This document shows positions 51,396-59,642 of a stretch of DNA of 64,000 nt, one piece after another. How positions within the stretch are numbered: the first letter of the stretch is position 1; each line of letters opens with the position of its first letter. The position numbers and the translations under genes are program-made. The stretch is from an uncultured Acidobacteriota bacterium (GTDB taxonomy: Bacteria > Acidobacteriota > Vicinamibacteria > Vicinamibacterales > UBA2999): NCBI GenBank assembly GCA_902826515.1, contig CADEFD010000007.1, forward strand, positions 3,373-67,372, read 5' to 3'. The notes beneath the pieces are model-generated. The model searched no databases. It had not been told where the DNA came from and saw only the letters and a list, made by a program, of their open reading frames with translations.

Positions 51396-52844
51396 TCAGC
51401 CGTGTTTGATGGCGATGGTCTTGAGCACCGTGAAGCCGAGCAGCGCCTCGAAGCCCTTCTCGCGGCCGTGGCCGCTGGCCTTGACGCCGCCGAAGGGCAG
51501 TTCCACGCCGCCGCCGGCCCCGTAGTTGTTGATGAAGACCTGCCCGCAGCGCAGCGCGCGGGCGACGCGGAGTTGCCGCGCCCCGTCGCGCGTCCAGACG
51601 CCGGCCACGAGGCCGTAGTCGGTGCCGTTGGCGAGCCGGATCGCGTCGGCTTCGTCGTCGAAGGGCATGGCTGCCAGCACCGGCCCGAAGATCTCGCGCT
51701 GCGCCAGTGCGCTCGTCGGCGGCACGTCGCGGAAAAGCACCGCCGCCTGGTAGTAGCCGGCGCTCGCCGCCTCCGGGTGCAGTGAGCCGCGCGCCATCAC
51801 CGGAATCCGCTCGGCTTCGGCGGCATCGATGAACCCCTTCACGAGACCGTACTGCTTCTCGTTCACGAGCGGGCCCATCTCGAGTTCGAGCGCCGGCGGA
51901 CCGGCGCGCAGCGCGCGGAACCGTTCGGCCAGCCGCTCGAGCACGGCCTCGTAGATGCCGCGCTGCACGAGCACGCGGCTGCCGGCCGAGCACGTCTGCC
52001 CGGCGTTCTGGATGATGGCGTTCACGATGACCGGCAGCGCCTGGTCCAGATCGGCGTCGTCGAAGACGAGCTGCGGCGACTTGCCGCCGAGTTCGAGCGT
52101 GACCGGGCAATGCCGCTGCGCCGCCGCTTCGGCGACGAGGCGTCCGGTCACGGTGGAGCCGGTGAACGAGATGTGGTCGATGCCCGGATGGGCGGTGAGC
52201 GCGGCGCCGGCGTCGTGGCCATACCCGGTCACGACGTTCAGCGCGCCGGCGGGGAAGCCGATCTCCGCGGCCAGTTCGGCGAGGCGGAGGATGGAGAGGC
52301 TGGCGTCTTCGGCCGGCTTCACCACGCAGGCGTTCCCGGCGGCGAGCGAGGCGCCCACCGTGCGCCCGAAGATCTGCATCGGGTAGTTCCACGGCACGAT
52401 GTGGCCGGTGACGCCGTGCGGCTCGCGAATCGTGAGCACCGTGTAGCCGTGTTCGTAGGGCAGTGTCTCGCCGTGCAGCTTGTCGGCGGCGCCGCCGTAG
52501 TATTCGAAGTAGCGGGCGAGCGCGGTGGCGTCCACGCGGGCGGTCTTCATCGACTTGCCGGTATCGAGCGCTTCGAGCCTGGCGAACTCCTCGTTGCGTT
52601 CGGTGACGGCGGCGGCGAGGCGCATCATGAGGCGGCCGCGCTGGGCGGCCGAGAGGTGTCCCCACGGACCGTCGAAGGTCTCACCGACTGCCGCGCGCGA
52701 CGAGGCCACGGCGCGGCCGATGTCGGCCGCGGTGCCGCGCGCCAGGCTGCCCACCGTGGTGCCGGTGCTCGGATCGACGACCGGAATCGTCCCGGTGGTG
52801 CTGCCGGCCTGCCACGTGTTGTCGATGAAGTGCTGCATCTGCAT
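51396..52844 (-). CDS. NAD(P)+-dependent aldehyde dehydrogenase
   Basis: 482 aa with VPWNYP, VVKPAE, FTGST, catalytic ELGGKSP and GQTCSAGSR, and PFGGVKASG. Confidence 0.9.
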   Translation of the reverse strand: MQMQHFIDNTWQAGSTTGTIPVVDPSTGTTVGSLARGTAADIGRAVASSRAAVGETFDGPWGHLSAAQRGRLMMRLAAAVTERNEEFARLEALDTGKSMKTARVDATALARYFEYYGGAADKLHGETLPYEHGYTVLTIREPHGVTGHIVPWNYPMQIFGRTVGASLAAGNACVVKPAEDASLSILRLAELAAEIGFPAGALNVVTGYGHDAGAALTAHPGIDHISFTGSTVTGRLVAEAAAQRHCPVTLELGGKSPQLVFDDADLDQALPVIVNAIIQNAGQTCSAGSRVLVQRGIYEAVLERLAERFRALRAGPPALELEMGPLVNEKQYGLVKGFIDAAEAERIPVMARGSLHPEAASAGYYQAAVLFRDVPPTSALAQREIFGPVLAAMPFDDEADAIRLANGTDYGLVAGVWTRDGARQLRVARALRCGQVFINNYGAGGGVELPFGGVKASGHGREKGFEALLGFTVLKTIAIKHG

Positions 52845-53034
52845 GACGGATATTCTGGCTCAAGGGCCGCCGGGCCAGTGAACGGGGCGGCGCCGGCCGC
52901 GGCCGGACCAGGTAACACGGGCCGGCCCGGGTCACGTGCTACATTTGGTCGCATCCAGTTCTGGATGGCCTGTTCAATCGGGCGCAGGGGACCGCGCGGC
53001 GTTTCCATCGCCGCGTGTTGAGGGAGATGAACTC

Positions 53035-53559
53035 ATGACGCGTGTAATGCAGTGGGGAATGACGGCCGTGGGCGTGGCCCTCGTGGCGGGCGCGGCGACG
53101 CTTGCCGCGCAGGCGCCGGTCAAGGTCGAGATGAAGGACGCGCAGGGGCAGTCGATTGGCACGGCGACACTGTCGTCGTCGATGGGCGCGGTACATATCG
53201 CGCTCGATCTCAAGGGGCTGAAGCCCGGTCCGCATGGCCTCCACGTGCACGCGGTGGGCAAGTGTGAAGCCCCCGGCTTCACGACCGCCGGCGGGCACCT
53301 GAACCCGGCCGGCAAGAAGCACGGCCTGCAGAGCCCCGACGGCCCGCACGCCGGCGACATGGAGAACTTCACCGTGGCCGCCGACGGCACCGCCAAGGGC
53401 ATGGTCATGGCCAAGGGCCTGACGTTCGGCAGCGAGCCGAACTCGGTGTTCGCCAATGGCGCCACCGCGCTCGTCGTGCACGCCGGTCCTGACGACGGCA
53501 AGACCGACCCCTCGGGCGGCTCGGGCGATCGCATCGCCTGCGGCGTCATCACGAAGTAG
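53035..53559 (+). CDS. sodC: Periplasmic Cu,Zn superoxide dismutase
   Basis: SD GAGGGAG plus a signal peptide. GLHVHAVGKCE...GGHLNP...H.GDM.N......G........LVVHAGPDD....PSGGSGDRIACGVI is the Cu/Zn SOD signature. Confidence 0.9.
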   Translation: MTRVMQWGMTAVGVALVAGAATLAAQAPVKVEMKDAQGQSIGTATLSSSMGAVHIALDLKGLKPGPHGLHVHAVGKCEAPGFTTAGGHLNPAGKKHGLQSPDGPHAGDMENFTVAADGTAKGMVMAKGLTFGSEPNSVFANGATALVVHAGPDDGKTDPSGGSGDRIACGVITK

Positions 53560-53672
53560 CCCGCTCTGCCCGCTCGCGGCCCCGGGGCCGGCGTCGCTCG
53601 ACGCCCGGCTCCGGCCCGCGCCTTCCGCACGTCCCGCCTCGTTCACGACGTTCCTCAGCGAGTTCCCGTTAC

Positions 53673-54719
53673 ATGAAGACCATCGGATATGCCGCCCAGC
53701 GCGCCGACGCGCCGCTGGCCCCGTTTGCGTTCGATCGCCGCGCCCTGCGTCCGAACGACGTCGCCCTGGAGATTCTCTACAGCGGCGTCTGTCACTCCGA
53801 CCTCCACCAGGCCAGAAACGACTGGGGCTGGACCACCTACCCGATCGTGCCCGGCCACGAGATCGTCGGCCGCGTCATCGAGGTCGGCGCCGAGGTCGAG
53901 GGGTTCCGTGTCGGCGACGCCGTGGCCGTCGGCTGCATGGTGGACAGCTGCCAGAGCTGCGACCAGTGCCTGCAGGGCGAAGAACAGCTGTGCCGCGACG
54001 GCAACACCGGCACCTACAACAGCCCCGACCGCGTCACCGGCGAACTCACGCGCGGCGGCTATTCGAAGCATCTCGTCGTACGTGAGGAGTTCGTGCTGCG
54101 CGTGCCGGCCGGCCTCGATCTGTCGCGCACGGCGCCGCTCCTCTGCGCCGGCATCACCACCTACTCGCCGCTGCGCACGTGGGGCATCGGCCCGGGCAGC
54201 CGCGTGGGCGTGATCGGCCTCGGCGGCCTCGGCCACATGGCCGTCAAGCTGGCCGTGGGCCTCGGCGCCGACGTGACCGTGATGAGCCGCTCGATCGACA
54301 AGGCGGCGGATGCGCTCTCACTGGGCGCCGATCGCCTGCTCGTCTCGACCGACGAGGCGGCGATGACGGCGGCGCAGTCCACCTTCGATCTCATCATCGA
54401 CACGGTGCCGGTCAGCCACGCGCTCGACCCGTACCTGCCGCTCCTCGACGTGGACGGCACACTCGTCATCGTCGGGCAGATCGGGCCGATGGAACCGACC
54501 AACACCGTGCCGCTGCTGCTCGGACGGCGCCGCATCGCCGGGTCGCCCATCGGCGGCATCCCCGAGACGCAGGAGATGCTCGACTTCTGCGCGAAGAAAG
54601 GCATCCTGCCCGACTGCGAGCTCATCCGCATGGATCAGATCAACGAGGCGTTCGATCGCATGGCGCGCGCCGATGTCCGCTACCGGTTCGTGATCGACAT
54701 GGCGTCACTCACGGTCTAG
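53673..54719 (+). CDS. Zn-dependent NAD(P) alcohol dehydrogenase (cinnamyl-ADH / YahK-like)
   Basis: GVCHSDLH, PGHEIVGRV, the structural Zn site CMVDSCQSCDQCLQGEEQLC, and GLGGLGHMAVK. Confidence 0.9.
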   Translation: MKTIGYAAQRADAPLAPFAFDRRALRPNDVALEILYSGVCHSDLHQARNDWGWTTYPIVPGHEIVGRVIEVGAEVEGFRVGDAVAVGCMVDSCQSCDQCLQGEEQLCRDGNTGTYNSPDRVTGELTRGGYSKHLVVREEFVLRVPAGLDLSRTAPLLCAGITTYSPLRTWGIGPGSRVGVIGLGGLGHMAVKLAVGLGADVTVMSRSIDKAADALSLGADRLLVSTDEAAMTAAQSTFDLIIDTVPVSHALDPYLPLLDVDGTLVIVGQIGPMEPTNTVPLLLGRRRIAGSPIGGIPETQEMLDFCAKKGILPDCELIRMDQINEAFDRMARADVRYRFVIDMASLTV

Positions 54720-54776
54720 CCGATCCACGCTGCGCCGATCGCCGTCACGGCGATCGGACGCCGCTCCGCTCCGAAG

Positions 54777-54808
54777 CCCGGGATGCTGCCGCATCCCGGG
54801 CTTTTGTC
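54777..54808 (+). terminator. Intrinsic terminator of the ADH gene
   Basis: CCCGGGATGC-TGCC-GCATCCCGGG, a perfect 10-bp stem followed by CTTTTGTCGTT. A second hairpin (CCGATCGCCG-TCAC-GGCGATCGG) lies at about 54734-54757. Confidence 0.7.
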
Positions 54809-54848
54809 GTTCAGGGCGCGGGTGTCGCCTGACTATTCAATCAACGTA

Positions 54849-54878
54849 TTGACATGTATTGATTCTTGTTTGTATGCT
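54849..54878 (+). promoter_or_regulatory. Candidate sigma70-type promoter in an AT-rich island upstream of the SAM riboswitch
   Basis: TTGACA (54849-54854), an 18-nt spacer, then TATGCT (54873-54878). The island 54835-54880 is strikingly AT-rich for this DNA. It contains the direct repeat GTATTGA-N3-GTATTGA. Confidence 0.45.
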
Positions 54879-54904
54879 CATGGAGTCGCGAGGTTTCACG
54901 ATTG

Positions 54905-55012
54905 CGCGGCACTTATCCAGAGTGGCTGAGGGGCCAGGCCCGACGACGCCACGGCAACCAGGTGCGAACCCAGGTGCCCCTTCCTGCCCGGACCGTCCGG
55001 GGAGATAAGCCG
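54905..55012 (+). promoter_or_regulatory. SAM-I (S-box) riboswitch aptamer
   Basis: CUUAUCCAGAGUGGCUGAGGGGCCAGGCCCGACGACGCCACGGCAACCAGGUGCGAACCCAGGUGCCCCUUCCUGCCCGGACCGUCCGGGGAGAUAAG. This carries the conserved S-box elements UUAUC.AGAG.GG..GAGGG...GGCCC.A.GA..CC..GCAACC...GGUGC...U.CC...AGAUAAG, with P1 as CUUAUC/GAUAAG. It lies upstream of a Cys/Met-metabolism PLP enzyme gene. Confidence 0.8.
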
Positions 55013-55014
55013 CC

Positions 55015-55494
55015 GTGATCGATTCCGCCGCTTCGTCCACGCCCGCACGCGCCGTCACGTCACGCGCCGCCACCTCACGCGCCGCCGTCCTCACCCTCGG
55101 CGGCGCCGTGCTTCGAGGTCCGTCCGGCTACGCCACCGCCGCCGCCCATCTGCGCCGCCGCGTCCGAGGCAATTCGAGGCCCGATGCCGCCGTGTTCGAT
55201 CGCCAGTGGTCCATCGGCGAACGGCGCTCGGTGGCGCTCCTCGCTCTCGCCCTGCGCGCGCAGGGGTTCGCGGTGAGCGGACTGCACGTGCGCGCAGCGC
55301 TCGCCGAGGCCGGCCGGGCACGGCTGCCGCTCGTCATCCGCAGTGCCGCCCGTCCGGTCGCACGCCTTCAGGAGTCAGCACATGGAATTCGCCACGAGGA
55401 CGATTCACTTCCGCCAGCCCGCCGATCCGCTCACCGGCGCCGTGACGCCGCCGATCTATCAGACCTCCACGTTCGAACAGACGGCGCCCGGTGA
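55015..55494 (+). CDS. Aspartokinase-N-terminus-like ORF (possible gene remnant), overlapping the next gene by 113 nt
   Basis: GTG at 55015 lies 10 nt after the GGAG embedded in the riboswitch P4/P1 strands. The frame is GC3-rich. The segments VLTLGGAVLRGPSGYATAAAHLRRRV and SIGERRSVALLALALRAQGFAVSGLHVRAA resemble aspartokinase VQKYGGSSL...RI and [25 protein letters not shown]. The catalytic-region Lys and the SAMGDTTD block are absent. Confidence 0.35.
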   Translation: MIDSAASSTPARAVTSRAATSRAAVLTLGGAVLRGPSGYATAAAHLRRRVRGNSRPDAAVFDRQWSIGERRSVALLALALRAQGFAVSGLHVRAALAEAGRARLPLVIRSAARPVARLQESAHGIRHEDDSLPPARRSAHRRRDAADLSDLHVRTDGAR

Positions 55495-56563
55495 ACATCG
55501 CGGCTTCGACTACGGGCGCACGAACAACCCGACGCGCCAGCGCCTCGAGGCGGTGCTCGCCGATCTCGAACACGGCCAGCACGCGGCGGTGTTCGGCTCG
55601 GGACTGGCGGCCGAACACGCCGTGCTCCAGGCGCACCTCAGGCCCGGCAGTGGCATCGTCGTGCCGCATGATGTCTACGGCGGCACGTTCCGGCTCCTGC
55701 ATCGTGTCTTCGAGCCGCTCGGCTGCCGCATCACACGCGTGGACTTCGCGGATCTCGACGCGCTCGGCGCCGCCATCGACACCTCGACCCGGCTCGTGTG
55801 GCTCGAGTCGCCGACCAATCCGCGGTTGCTCGTCTACGACATCCGCGCCGTGGCGCGCCTGGCGCACGAGCGTCAGGCGCTCGTGGTCGTCGACAACACG
55901 TTCGCCACGCCGTGTTTCCAGCAGCCGCTCGACCTCGGCGCGGATCTCGTGGTGCACAGCGTCACGAAGTACCTCGCCGGGCACTCCGACGTGATCCAGG
56001 GCGCGGTCATCGCGCGCGAGGCGGCGGTGTTCGAGCCGGTGAAGTTCCTCCAGAACGCGCTTGGCGGCGTGCCCGGTGCCTTCGACTGCTGGCTCACGCT
56101 GCGGGGGCTGAAGACGCTGGAACTGCGGATGGAGCGCCACGCGAACAACGCGCGCGCGATCGCCGAGGTGCTCGACGCGCATCCTCGCGTGCGTCGTGTG
56201 TACTACCCGGGACTCGCCGGGCATCCCGGCCACGCCGTGGCCGCGGCCCAGATGTCCGGCTTCGGCGGGATGGTCTCGTTCGAGCTCGAGGGCACGCCGG
56301 ACGAGGCGGCACGGTTCGCCTCGTCGCGCACGTTCTTCGCGCTCGCCGAGAGCCTCGGCAGCGTGCGGGCGCTCATCAGCGTGCCCGGCCTCATGACCCA
56401 CGCCTCGATTCCCGCCGACATCCGCCGCACGATGGGCTTGTCGGAGACCCTCATCCGCCTGTCACCGGGCATCGAACACGCGCGCGATCTGGTCGCCGAC
56501 CTCGTCAGCGGCCTCGACGCCCTCGCGCCGGTGGCCGCCGGCCGCGCGCATGCTGCGTGCTAG
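55382..56563 (+). CDS. Cys/Met-metabolism PLP-dependent enzyme (cystathionine gamma-synthase / lyase family)
   Basis: AGGAG lies 7 nt before ATG 55382. MEFATRTIHF...PIYQTSTF...YGRTNNPTR...ESPTNP...DNTFATP...HSVTKYLAGHSD (PLP-binding Lys in TKY)...RLSPGIE. Confidence 0.85.
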   Translation: MEFATRTIHFRQPADPLTGAVTPPIYQTSTFEQTAPGEHRGFDYGRTNNPTRQRLEAVLADLEHGQHAAVFGSGLAAEHAVLQAHLRPGSGIVVPHDVYGGTFRLLHRVFEPLGCRITRVDFADLDALGAAIDTSTRLVWLESPTNPRLLVYDIRAVARLAHERQALVVVDNTFATPCFQQPLDLGADLVVHSVTKYLAGHSDVIQGAVIAREAAVFEPVKFLQNALGGVPGAFDCWLTLRGLKTLELRMERHANNARAIAEVLDAHPRVRRVYYPGLAGHPGHAVAAAQMSGFGGMVSFELEGTPDEAARFASSRTFFALAESLGSVRALISVPGLMTHASIPADIRRTMGLSETLIRLSPGIEHARDLVADLVSGLDALAPVAAGRAHAAC

Positions 56564-56627
56564 ACTGCCGCCGATGGCCCGTCAGCGCTGCCCGCGCCCA
56601 GTGCGGGCGCGCTGACTTCCACCGGCC

Positions 56628-58319
56628 ATGACCGACGCGCCGCCTCAGGCTTCCCGATCGTTTCGCGCCGCGCTCGCCGTCTACACGGAGCGCTCGTCGC
56701 TCGTCATGGTGGCGCTCGGTTTCTCGGCGGCGCTGCCGTACTTCCTCGTCTTCGACACCCTCTCGGCCTGGCTGCGCGCGTCGGGCCTGTCGCTCGAGGT
56801 GATCGGGTTCTTCAGTCTGGTCACGCTCGTCTCGAGCTTCAAGTTCCTGTGGGCGCCGTTCGTCGATCGCCTGCGCGTGCCGCTGCTCGACGGCTGGCTC
56901 GGCCATCGCCGCGCCTGGATGCTGGTGTGCCAGGCGCTCATCATCGTGGGCCTGTGGGTGGTCGCCGGCTTCGATCCCACGCGCAGCCTTGGCGCCATCG
57001 CCGTGTGCGCCACGCTCGTCGGCTTCGCCCTGGCCACACAGGACATCGCCATCGACGCCTGGCGCATCGAGGCCGCCGACACCTCGCGACAGGGCGCCAT
57101 GGCCGCGGCCTACCAGTGGGGGTACCGCGTGGCGATGATCATCGCCGGCGCCGTGCCGCTCATCCTCGCCCAGACGTACGGCTGGAACTTCTCGTATGCC
57201 GTGATGGCGGGCCTGATGCTCGTCGGCGTGGCCGGCGTGCTGGCCGCACCCCGCGAGGCGCAGCATGTCGTGCGGCCGATCGCCACGGCGGGCCTGGCGG
57301 CCGCGCCCGCGCGCGACGCCGTGGAATGGATCGCGCGCCTCGCCGTGCTCGGCACCGGCGCGCTCGTGCTCGGCTCGGGGCTCGCCGCCAACGCCGGCAT
57401 CCTCGGCAACGTCGTCGCGGCGCTGGGCCTGTCAGGTCTGCGCGACGCGCTGCTCGCGGCCTGGCAGTCGGACGTGCGGGTGTGGGTGCACGTCGGGGCC
57501 GTCGTGGCCGGCCTCGTGACGATCGCCGTGGCCGCCTCGCCGCTCCCCGGAGCCCGCACGCGTCCCGGCGTCTACCTCGCCTCCGCACTCGCTGATCCGC
57601 TCCGTGATTTCTTCGCGCGGCATCGCTCGACCGGCACGCTCGTGCTGGCGCTCATCTGTCTCTACCGCATCCCGGATTTCGTGCTGAACATCATGAATCC
57701 GTTCTACCTCGACCTCGGCTACACGCTCGTCGAGATCGCCGAGGTGCGGAAGATCTTCGGCGTGGCGATGACGATGTTCGGGGTGTTCGTCGGCGGGGTC
57801 GCCGTGGCGCGCTACGGACTGCTGCGGGCGATGGTCATCGGCGCCTTCGCGGGGCCGCTCAGCAACCTGCTCTTCATCTGGCTGGCGCTGCAGGAGCACA
57901 ACCTGTGGGCACTGTTTGCCGCGATCGGCCTCGACAACGTGGCCGGCGGCTTTGCCGGCACGTGCCTCATCGCCTACATGTCGAGCCTGACCTCTGCCGG
58001 CTTCACCGCCACGCAGTACGCGCTCTTCTCGTCGCTCTACGCGATTCCCGGCCGCCTCATCGCCTCGCAGTCGGGACGCATCGTCGAACATGCGGCGCGT
58101 CTGGCCGACGGCGGCGGCCTCGCGGTGCTCACGGGCCTGTTCGCGCACCGGCCACCGCAGAGCTTCGCCACGGCGCTCGAGAAATCCGGCGTGTCGCCCG
58201 AAGCGCTCGGCGCCGGCTACGTGCTGTTCTTTCTGTATTCCGCGCTCATCGGCGTGTTCGCGCTGGGGCTCGCCGTGATGGTGCAGAGGCGAACGCCGCC
58301 GCCCGCGCCGGCCCCCTGA
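56628..58319 (+). CDS. ampG: AmpG-family MFS muropeptide permease
   Basis: LGFSAALPYFLVFDTLSAWLRASGLSLEVIGFFSLV...FKFLWAPFVDR...GHRRAWML...QDIAIDAWRIE is the AmpG signature. About 14 TM segments. Confidence 0.85.
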   Translation: MTDAPPQASRSFRAALAVYTERSSLVMVALGFSAALPYFLVFDTLSAWLRASGLSLEVIGFFSLVTLVSSFKFLWAPFVDRLRVPLLDGWLGHRRAWMLVCQALIIVGLWVVAGFDPTRSLGAIAVCATLVGFALATQDIAIDAWRIEAADTSRQGAMAAAYQWGYRVAMIIAGAVPLILAQTYGWNFSYAVMAGLMLVGVAGVLAAPREAQHVVRPIATAGLAAAPARDAVEWIARLAVLGTGALVLGSGLAANAGILGNVVAALGLSGLRDALLAAWQSDVRVWVHVGAVVAGLVTIAVAASPLPGARTRPGVYLASALADPLRDFFARHRSTGTLVLALICLYRIPDFVLNIMNPFYLDLGYTLVEIAEVRKIFGVAMTMFGVFVGGVAVARYGLLRAMVIGAFAGPLSNLLFIWLALQEHNLWALFAAIGLDNVAGGFAGTCLIAYMSSLTSAGFTATQYALFSSLYAIPGRLIASQSGRIVEHAARLADGGGLAVLTGLFAHRPPQSFATALEKSGVSPEALGAGYVLFFLYSALIGVFALGLAVMVQRRTPPPAPAP

Positions 58320-58341
58320 TCGGCTGTGCCAGAATCTGCGG

Positions 58342-59619
58342 ATGGCTTCCGCAGACGACCACACGATGACGAGGCGCGAGTTCGTGGCTGGCTCCGTGGG
58401 GACGCTGGCCGCCGCCGGCGCCGCGGCCCAGTCACCCCCCACCCTGCCCGATCTGCCGGCGCTCTGGGACGTCGATCGGTCGGTCGCCAATCTCGAGAAC
58501 GCCTACTGGGGTGTGATGCCGCGCGAGATCGAAGCCGAATATCTCGAGCACTCGCGGTTCCTGAATCGCCGGAACACCGTGTTCGTCCGCGATGCGATCG
58601 CCGGCCGCGAACGAACGGCCGCCATGGAGGCCGCGCGGGCCGCGGTGGGACGGCTGCTCGGCGCCCCGGCCAGTGAGTTCGCCCTCACGCGCAACGGCAC
58701 CGAGTCGCTGCAGAATCTCATCCTCCAGTACGGCCGGCTCACGGCAGGCGACGCCGTGCTCTACGCCGATCTCGACTACGACGAGATGCAGCAAGCCATG
58801 GAAGCGCTGCGCCAGACGCGCGGCGTGACGGTGCTGCGGTTCGCCATTCCGGAGCCGGCGACGACCGCCAACATCCTGGCCGCCTACGAACGCCAGCTCG
58901 CGACGGCGCCGGCCCGTCTGAAACTGCTGCTCGTGACCCACCTGTCGAACCGCACCGGGGTCGTGATGCCGGTGAAGGAGATCGTCGCGATGGCGCGGGC
59001 GCGCGGCGTCGACACGATCGTCGATGCCGCGCAGACCATCGGCCACATGCACTACACGCTGGCCGATCTCGACGCCGACTTCGTGGGCTTCTCCCTGCAC
59101 AAGTGGCTGTGCGCGCCCATCGGCACCGGCGCGATCTGGATCCGGCCCTCGCGTCTCGCCGACATCGAGCCGTGTATGGGCAGCACGATGTTCCCGCCCG
59201 ACGACACCCGCAGCCGGTCGAGCGTGGGCACGGTGAACTTCGCGGCGACGATGACCGTGCCCGCGGCCATCACGTTCCATGAACGCCTCGGCGGGGTGCG
59301 CAAGCAGCAGCACCTGCAGTCGCTGCGCAACTACTGGGTCGAGCGCGTGCGAGACATCCGCGGTCTGGAAATTCTGACACCGGACGATCCGGCTCGCCAC
59401 GGCGCCGTCACGAGCTTCCGCCTGCCGAAGATGCGGGACTACGCCGAAGCGCAGCGCATGGCGCGGATCCTGCTCGAGAAGCATCACATCCTCACCGTGG
59501 CGCGGCGCGGGCTCGACAAGGGCGCGGCCGTGCGCGTGACCCCGACGCTCTACAACACCACCGCGGAACTGGACCGCCTCGTGAGCGGGCTGCACGCCGA
59601 GAGCGGCGCGTTCCTCTGA
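58342..59619 (+). CDS. Tat-exported aminotransferase class-V-fold PLP enzyme (isopenicillin-N-epimerase-like)
   Basis: Twin-arginine signal MTRREFVAGSVGTLAAAGAAAQ. ...NGTESL...THLSNRTGVVMPV...IVDAAQTIGH...DFVGFSLHKWLCAPIGTG (PLP Lys in SLHKW). The start may be 58366. Confidence 0.8.
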   Translation: MASADDHTMTRREFVAGSVGTLAAAGAAAQSPPTLPDLPALWDVDRSVANLENAYWGVMPREIEAEYLEHSRFLNRRNTVFVRDAIAGRERTAAMEAARAAVGRLLGAPASEFALTRNGTESLQNLILQYGRLTAGDAVLYADLDYDEMQQAMEALRQTRGVTVLRFAIPEPATTANILAAYERQLATAPARLKLLLVTHLSNRTGVVMPVKEIVAMARARGVDTIVDAAQTIGHMHYTLADLDADFVGFSLHKWLCAPIGTGAIWIRPSRLADIEPCMGSTMFPPDDTRSRSSVGTVNFAATMTVPAAITFHERLGGVRKQQHLQSLRNYWVERVRDIRGLEILTPDDPARHGAVTSFRLPKMRDYAEAQRMARILLEKHHILTVARRGLDKGAAVRVTPTLYNTTAELDRLVSGLHAESGAFL

Positions 59620-59624
59620 TCGCC

Positions 59625-59642
59625 GGCCGCGGGGACGCGGCC
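59625..59642. terminator. GC hairpin between convergent genes
   Basis: GGCCGCG-GGGA-CGCGGCC, located between the stop at 59619 (+) and the stop at 59643 (-). There is no U-tract. Confidence 0.3.

Noticed and set aside
53578-53589. GGCCCCGGGGCC palindrome and neighbouring GC hairpins after sodC as a terminator
   Set aside because: The palindrome has no loop and no U-tract. Such GC palindromes arise easily at this base composition, so the evidence is too weak for a feature call.
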